Part shown: piece after piece, positions 18,601 through 27,600 of the stretch | Position numbering within the stretch: the stretch's first letter is position 1 | Layout of the letters: every line of letters begins with the position of its first letter | NCBI GenBank assembly: GCA_013150955.1 | Contig: JAADJD010000038.1 | Span: 92,057 to 156,056, forward strand | Direction: 5' to 3' | From: Calditrichota bacterium | Lineage (GTDB): Bacteria > Calditrichota > Calditrichia > RBG-13-44-9 > J042 | DNA: 64,000 bases | Notes under the pieces: generated by a model | Databases searched by the model: none | Told to the model about the DNA's origin: nothing | What the model saw: the letters and a program-made list of their open reading frames with translations, nothing else | Program-made: the position numbers and the translations under genes

Positions 18601-21600
18601 AACAGCACCACCGCGGTATCGCCACCGGCAATGGTCTTATTCAAATTGGAACGAACGATATTACTATAATTGGCATTACCGCTGGAGAAATTCAACCGCA
18701 CCGTATCCAGCACCACATCGCCACCACCATTATTGACCAGGTTTACCTTAACCCGTACTCCGGTCTGCCCCCGACTCACGGTGCTCTGACTGGCAACCAC
18801 CGAGGTGATGGCCAGATCGGGGTTTTCCTGGATCAACCAGTCAAACGCCGGCGAAACCTGGGTGGTGATCGCATTCTGACTCAATTCATCCCGGCCCCGT
18901 ACGGTCAGGGCGATGGAATCGCGACCGGTGGCGGAATTGTCTTCCACCCGGAATTGATAAAACAGATTCACCGTCTGTCCCGGCGGAATCTGCTGTACGT
19001 TATGCTGTGCAGTGATGGTGTAGACCCCCATGTTCGGCGTAAATTGAATCTGATCCAACAGGGCAGCCACCTCACCCCGATTTCGCAGGGTGATTTTCAC
19101 CGAATCGACCGTCTGACCGGTGGTTACCGTATCCGGGGCAACGGCCTGCACAAAATCGATGGTGGCTTTCTTCAGCACAAACACCTGGGTCAGCGAATCG
19201 GTGCGGTTCTGGCGATTGATGTTCACATCCCGCCAGATCACCCGAACGGTGTAGGGATAGTTCCCCTGCACGGTGGTATCCAGCGAGGCATTGGCCGTGG
19301 GTAGCATCAGAACGGTATTGGGAGTGGCCTGCTGGCCAACATATTCTCGAATTCCCAGTTCCGGAATGAGCAGGGAGTCGATGATCGCATTGGCCCGACT
19401 GGCACCATCGTTGCGCACCGCCACCTGAATGGAAAACACCTGCTCCTGGGACACCGTATCGGGAGCCGTGATGGTATGGATTACCACCTTCGCCGAATCG
19501 TAAACGGTGATGGTAATGGGACTCAGCACCGTGGATTTGTAAAAACCATTTTCAAAATAGTTATTGGCGTAGAGCTGTCCATCGATGCTACCGGTGGGCA
19601 ACTGAATGGTTTTATTTTCAAAATACAGGTATTTGATGCGGTTTCCTTCCACCCAGGTGTCGTTCTTTAAATAATAGCGGGTGCCGGCAAAATCCAGGTA
19701 GGTCGAAGCGGCAAACAGCTTCATGTTGGCCTGACCTTCGTTTTCCACCTCGACCCGAAAACCAACCACCTGTCCGTTGCTCACCTCGTTTGGTGAGATG
19801 CTGGTGTAAATCAGTTTTCCGGGCACCACCATGCGCCAGCTGTCGGTGGTATCGGCACCGGAATCGGTCAGGCGCATGTTCGAATGGCTATCCCGTCCCG
19901 CCCCTCGCGCATTCAGGGTAACGCTTCGTGGACTGTTGGAACTCAACACATCGATGGCAAAATCGATTTGTCGGGTGGCTCCCGCCGCAATTTCCAGCGC
20001 CGGGGCGAACACCGTGTCCTGCCCCGCAAACGAACCGGTCGAGAAGGTCACCTGCAGGGTATCCAGCAACAGAGGGGTATTGCCGGTATTTTTCACCCGC
20101 ACGTGTACTGGCACATCATTGGAGCCAATGGATACCGAATCGAAGGCAAAGGTGGGACTGCTGGCATCCACCGCCAGGATGCGCAGTTCCGCCGGTCGGG
20201 TGACGGTCAGGGTCGGCCCCTCGGCCGCCGTGGAGGAATCCTTCACCGTCTCCTGCTTGTTGGTCTCAATGCCTTCCACGGTGGAGGTGATGGTGTAATT
20301 GCCCTCGCTGGCACTGGAGAGAACTTCCAGAGAAAAGTAAGCAATGTTGTTCCCGCTGAACGGATCGCTGCTTAATGAATCCAGATTCTGATAAAAACCG
20401 GTGGTGGCACCATTGAAGTAGAGCGTCACCTCGGTGACGTCCACCAGCGCCTGTCCGGGATTCTGGAAATACACCCGAACGGGGATCCCCTTCTGGCCGA
20501 CGGAGACCGCCGTCACCGGAGTGGTAACGCTGTCGATTTGCACAGAACCGGCGCTTTGCACCAGAACGGTCGCCGGAGCGGTGGAAGTCACCGGCCCCAG
20601 AGAACGGTTATCCACCAGATCCGTTCCCCGCGCTTCAAAGTCGATGGTGTCGGTCACCGTCTGGGCGGTGAGTTTAACGGTCATGCGGTAAATGAACTTC
20701 ACACTATCGCCACCGGCAATGGTGGGCAAGTCCACCGGCGAGACGCGTTCCATCGTAAAACCGGCCGCATCCGGCGAGATGCTTGGTGTGAATGCATCCA
20801 GCCGCAGATCGGCCATGCCGGTGTTTTTCACAAAGGTCGTCACCTCCACGTCCTGCTGTCCCTGACTCACCGTATCCCGGCTGACCTGAACGGCATTGAC
20901 GATCAGATTGGCCGGTGTTAACACATTCACGCTGTCCGTCCGGCTGGCACCCACCTCCCGGTACTGCTGGTTGGAATTCAGATCCGTGAACACCGCCCGC
21001 ACGTCCAGCGGAATGATGCCCGTATCGGCCGTTGTGCTGATGCTCAAAAGGAAGTTGTAAGTCCGGGAGCTCTTTCCGGGTAAAATTCCCAACGCGCTTA
21101 CCAGAGAATCCTTTACACCGGGTTGATTGGCAAAAATCCGCAGCGAATCGATGCGCGCATCCGCCTCGGCCAGATTGGTCAACTTGACCTTGGCGGAAAT
21201 ACCACTCTGTCCCTGATTGACGTTGAACTGGCTGACATCCAGGGAATTAATGGTGATTAAATTGGTGTCTGCAGCGGATTCCACATAAATCGTGTCTGCA
21301 TTGTTTCGTTTTTCGGTGGTAATGGCGCCCGTGCGGACGTTAGAATAAATCACCGTGCCGTTTACCGGATCCGGCCCCAGTGCCGACTTGCTGTTGATGG
21401 TATATTTAAATTGCAGGGTATCCGTACTGCCGGCCAGAATGGTGACCGGCAGGGGCGGTGTAATGCTTTCCAGACTGTGCTGATTGTTGAAACTTAAATA
21501 GGCGCTGTCCACACCCACGTGACCGTTCACTTCGCCACTGTTCTGCAATACCATGTTAAAGGTTACCCCGGTCTGTCCCTGACTTACCGTATCGCTCCCA

Positions 21601-24600
21601 ACTACCTGTACCGAGAGAATGGTAATCGTGGTTTTCTTTAATATCCGAATGGAGTCGATTTGTGTGGTCTGATCCTCATACACGTAACGCTGGTTCGAAT
21701 TGGAATCCGCATAGGTTGTACGTGCCCACAGCTTCTGCATTCCCACAGGAAATGCGTCGTGAAAACGCAGCTGGAACTGAAATGTACCGGATTGTCCCGC
21801 CTGCAACACGACGGGATAGGCAGAAGGTGCGGGGGAAATGGCGGTGGCATACACCGTGTCCACGGATTTGATCACAATATCGTCAGCAGATTGGATGACC
21901 AGCGGCGCTCCCAGGTTGGCATTATTTTGCATCACCAGGGTTAACGGAATGTTTCCCTCTCCCTGACTGGCCTGGGTAGAATCTACCACAAAACTGGTGT
22001 ACACCAGCGACGGTTGATTCTGCACCCGCAGCGAATCAAAATTGGTCAGCGTATCCGTATAGGTTGCCTGGCCTTCCAATCCGTATAAATACAGGGTGGC
22101 CCGGTAGCGACTCACCGCAGCGTTGCTCTTTACGGTGTCCCTTTCAAAATCCAGCATCAGGCTGCTGTTACCGTTCACCACCTGATCCTTATCCAGATAA
22201 AAAGTATCCACTCCAAACACCATGAACGTTCGGGTGGAATCCAGCGTTACTTCGGCCTGTCCGGTATTCTGAATCTTCAGCTGGAAGGCGAAAGGCAGGC
22301 CATTGGTCACCTGCCGGGGAGACAGGCTATTGGCCACGTAGGAAATCGTTGCCGCGGAGATAATTTGAATCACATCCGGGGTATTGGCCGTGGAATCGGC
22401 CACTGCCTGACCATTTTCCACAATCGTTCCGTTAATGACCCCGTCGATGTAAAAACTGCCCAGCGGAAAATTCACCGGAACGGTCAACCGGTACTGGAAA
22501 TTGACCGTCTGATCCGGCCCGATGGAGGTCACCGCACTCAGGGTTTGAGAAGGCAGCAGATAGGTCTGTCCGCCATCGCGCAAATAAACGTAAGTATTGG
22601 CGGTGTCCACATTAATGGTCACATTACCGGCGTTCCGCACCGTCATGGTCACATCAAAGGTGTTGCCGCGCTCGATCCGATCCGGTGCGGTGGCCGTGCT
22701 TAAAATGTCGATGGTAAAAATGCGCAACTCCTGCGTATCGGTGTATAATGAGCCACGAAAGTCCGCATCCACACCCCGGCCTTTTAAGGCAATCTCTGGC
22801 GTGTATCGCCCGGTGGTTAATTGATTGGAAATGGTCACCGGATCGAAAGACAACGTCCAGCCGGTGGCGTTGGCCGGAATGCTGTCTGTTTGATTGAGAT
22901 ACGTGGTGATGGTGATCGAACCGTCGGTAAAGGTCAGATAACTATTATTGGTATCCAGCCGCACGGGATAAGGGCCGGGATTGGTGACCTGAATCTGAAA
23001 CGTCTCCGTGGTACCCAGACGCGCAATATCGGGCGTTAAGGAGCCGGCCGTATACTGCAATCGGTAAAAATGGATGGGCAGGGTGTCCACCCCGGCAATG
23101 TAGGCATTCACGATCGTCAGCGTGGCGGCATCGTCAATCTTCACCGAATTTTTTACCACACCGTTGGTATCCGCCGTGGCGGACGATTCGGTCAGCAGGG
23201 CATTGGCACCGGAAGCAATGGAAAATTGAATGGTGGTATTTCCTACAATATTTCCATACTGATCCCGCACCCGTACGGAAAATGGGGTCGCATAGGTGGG
23301 CAGGGTGGTGACCGAATCGCTGGCGATGTTGCGGATGCTTACCAGCTGCAGCTGTCGGGGCGCATCGGAGATGGCCGTGGCGGTCAGGGTGTCGGAAATA
23401 ATCGTACCGGCGCTGTTCCGTGCACGCAAATAATAGGTACCGCGGGTTGTACCCAGCGTCCAGGTGGTGGAGGCAAAACCGTTGGCATCGGTCACCGCGG
23501 AGGTGGGAGACACGCTGCCACCGTTCAACGGTTCAAACACAATGGTTTCGCCGGAAATGGGATTCTCATACGCGTCCACCAGCTTGACCTTGACCGGGGT
23601 GGGTAGCGCCTGCCCCACCGTGTCCGTCTGGCCATCTCCATTAATCACCAGGATGGCATTGGCCGCCGCCGGCTGATTGGCCACACCGGTAAAATCCAGT
23701 CGCGCCGGCGTGGTGGACGCAAAAGCAGACACCCGATACGTCCCCAGCTTACTCCCCAGTGTAAGAGACGTTTCCGCATAACCATTGGCATCGGTAAACG
23801 CCGAATCCGCCGAAAGGGATTGATTCACGGCCCCATCCGGCTCACTGGTAATGGCAAAGCTAACCTTGGTGCCACTGACCGGGTTGTTTAAACTGTCCAG
23901 GATCTGTACCCGGAAGGGCCCCACCACACCATTCACCGCTCCCGTATCCGATGTGGCCGAGGCATAAATCATGGTATCGGCCTTGGTGCTGGTGGGAAAT
24001 CCGTAAAAAGTGACCGTGTCCGGATTGGTGGTATAAGTTGCCAGATAAGCCTTCACCGAGTCCGGATCGGTGGTGGGATGCAGCGTCCAGGTGGTGGACG
24101 CATAGCCCTGTGAATTGGTGGTCGAAACAGTTGGATTCACCGAGCCTCCGCCCACGGGATTCCAGGTGACCTGCACATTGGGCACCGGGTTGCTGTAAGC
24201 ATCCAGCACCCGCACTTTCAAATCGCGCGGCACCACCGTTCCCGGCGATGCCGTCTGACTGTCTGTGGAGGCCACCTTGGTCAGGGTGGCAGGATTGGCC
24301 GGTTTTACGGTAATGGTGGAAGTCTGATCCAGTAATCCCCCACTGGCCGTCACCGCCTTAATGACCGTATTGCCTGACTTGCGCGCTTCGAACACGTTCG
24401 TGGCGGTGGGATTCGGAGTCTGGAACACTCCAATGGTATCGGGAATATGCGACCAGTTGGACGACTGATCGGCAATGAAATTGTCCTTGGCATCGTACCC
24501 GCTGGCGTAAAGGTTCAGGGTGGTGCCCGCGGTCATGGTCAGGGTGTCGATTTCCGAGCCCGCACTGCCCGAGACATCCTGAATCACGATATAATCCAGC

Positions 24601-27600
24601 GTCCCCACATCGAGGGTGATGTTATTGGTCGAGTCGTTGGTAACCGTGGTGGACGTGGTGTAAATAAAGAAGTTATCGGGAGCCACCTGCGGATCGAACT
24701 GTATGTAGCTGCGGCTGCCAGACGGCACTGTGTTCAGCGTGCTGGAGATGGCCCAGGTAACGGGTAAATCGCCCACAAAGTTGCCGCGGGAATCGTAATG
24801 GGCGGCATACAGGTACAGGGTGGTGTCCGTGGTAATCGTTACATTGAGTTGATCGTAGCGCTGCCCGCCACCATTCGCCTGCGTGCGAATCACAATGTAG
24901 CTGGCGCTTCCCGCCTGGACGGTAATAATGCCAGATTCATCACTGATGCTGGAATTCGCCACGCTGACGGCCTGGATGGTACCATTGCCAGCACTGTCGG
25001 CCGTCATGGTGCCCGAGGTACCGGTGAATGTGGCCTGTCCATTCCCCCACTTTCCAATCGAAGAGGGGTTAATCGTCCAATCGCTATTGATGAGCCCCAG
25101 ATAATTCAAGTCGCTATCGTAGCCCACGGCATAAACGGTAAGGGTGGAACCGGCAGCGATGGTCGAATCGCCCAGCTGCTTTCCGCCACTGTCGGGAACC
25201 GTTTGAATGTACAGGTAAGCCAGGGCACCATCGTTCACGGTGACCACTCCGGTGGAATCGCCCGCAATGGCGGCATTCCCGGCAATTTCCACATGAATTT
25301 TTCCGGTCACCCCGCTGGTGGTGGGCTCAAAGGTCATTTTGCGAGCGGTGACGTTCACCACCGGTTTCAATCCGCCACTGGAAAACCAGTGGGCCGAATC
25401 GATATCGGCAATATAGTTTCCATATCGATCGTATCCGGCGGCGTAATAGGTCAGGCTTTCGTCCGCGGTGATGATCGTGTCCAGCAACGAAACCGCCCGT
25501 CCGCCGTTGTTGGCATCGGTGCGAATCTTGAGCTCCGCCAGCGCGGCGGGATTGATCGTAAAGGTATTCGATGTTGCTGACTTCCCGGTGGCATCGCTAA
25601 CGGTAAAGGTCACTCCACTTTCCTTCACCGTATCGATGGCAGTAAACGTGGCCGTTCCGTTCACCAGATTCTGTGGATTGGCCGAGGTAAACACCACACC
25701 GGTACCGTTCGAAGAAAGTGTCACCTGCCGACTGGAGGTGGTGACTACATTCCCGTAAACATCATAAGCGGTCACATTCAGGGTGATGGTCTCTCCGGCG
25801 TTGTACGTGTACACCCCTCCACTCGGTTCGATGGTGTAGTAAGAAACATCCGCCGGTTGCAGGGTCAACACCACGTAAATGCTATCCGCCGTACCGTAAT
25901 ACACCAGAATGGAATCGGTGGTTAACGCGGTGCTTTCGGAAGCGATGTATGACGTCTCCGCAATGCCGTTCTGATCGGTCAACACATCGATAGTGTCCAC
26001 ACCGGTGTTGACAAACGTCCCGGTTCCCCGAATGCGCCGAAACTTCACCGTGGAGTCGCTCAGGGTGTTCTGGTACTGATCCTTCAGCCGCACACGGATC
26101 AATACCTCGCTCCCCACGGTGGTATTGCCCGATCCCTGCAGTTCCTCCAGCAAAAATGCATTTGCGGGATTGACCGTGATGGCACCGCTCTGACCATTGA
26201 CATTCGGATCCGTGGATTTTTCCGCCTTCACGTAATAGGTTTCGGCCACTGTATCGGTTACCGAGATGGTTACCACCGTATCGGCGGCAAAGGTAACACT
26301 GGTACCCGGAGAAAACGTCACCCCGGTACCATTGATGGTGCTTAAATTGATCTGATCGGAGTTGGAAACGGGGTTATCGTAAATATCTCTGGCAATGATT
26401 TTGAAATTCAACGCCACTCCGGCACGGGTGGTCTGGGCGGTGGAGGGCACAAATTCGTAATAGCTCACCGCATCGGGTTGAAGGGGGAGGACAATCGTAT
26501 CCCGCACGGTGGTTTGCCAGGACACCTGAATTTGATCATTCACGAATTGGGTGCTGGTACTGGCGGTGTAGTTGGCCTCGGCAATACCGCTGGAATTGGT
26601 TTTGACGTGGGCACTGTCCAGACCGTTATCAAACGTACCGCTGCCATTAATGCGTTGAAACACCACCAGGCTATCTTTAATGCGATTGCCATAAACGTCC
26701 TCCAGGGCCACCTGCAGGAGCCGGGATTCCCCCACTGTAATGGCACTCTGGCTGGAAAGAATCAAAAACCGATTGGGTGCCGCGGGATTCACCGTAATTT
26801 GCCCGCTTTCCCCATTAATATTGGCATCGGTGCTTTTTTCGGCACGCACGGTGAACGATTCCGCCACCGTATCCGTCACACTAAAATTCACCGAGGAACC
26901 CCCACCAAAAGATAGCGTGGTTCCCGGAGAAAAGGTCACTCCCGTTCCCCCGATGGCCGAAAGGATCACCTGATCGGAATTATTGACCGCATTGCCGTAC
27001 ACATCCCGCGCCGTGATGGTAAAATTCAGGGTCGTTCCTGCCGTGGTGGTTTGATTGGTGGACGGGGAAAACGAATAATAACTCACCGCATCGGGTTGCA
27101 GCGGCAGGATGATGGTGTCGATCACCGTTCCCCGCCAGGACACCCGGATGCTATCGTTGACGTGCTGGGTGGTGGTGCTGGCCGTGTAGGTCACCTCCGC
27201 CACACCGGAGGCGTTGGTCTTCACATGCGCACTATCCAGCCCATTGGAAAAAGTCCCATTCCCGGTCAGCCGCTGAAATACCAGCAGACTGTCCTTATGC
27301 CGGTTGCCGTAGGCATCTTCCAGCGCCACCTGGAGCAGTCGGCTGGTTCCCACGGTAATAGCCGACTGACTGGAAAGAATCACCATCTGGCTGGGGGTAT
27401 TGGGATTTACCGTCACCAGGCCACTTTCCCCATCGATGTTGGGATCGGTGGACTTTTCTGCCCGGATGGTAAAATCTCCCACCACGGTATCGGAAACCGA
27501 AAAGTGAACCGTATCCTGCCCGTTAAAAGGAATGGGATTGGCCCGATTAAACGTGGCCGTACTGCTGCCCACTGCGGTCAGGTTTACACTATCGTTATTG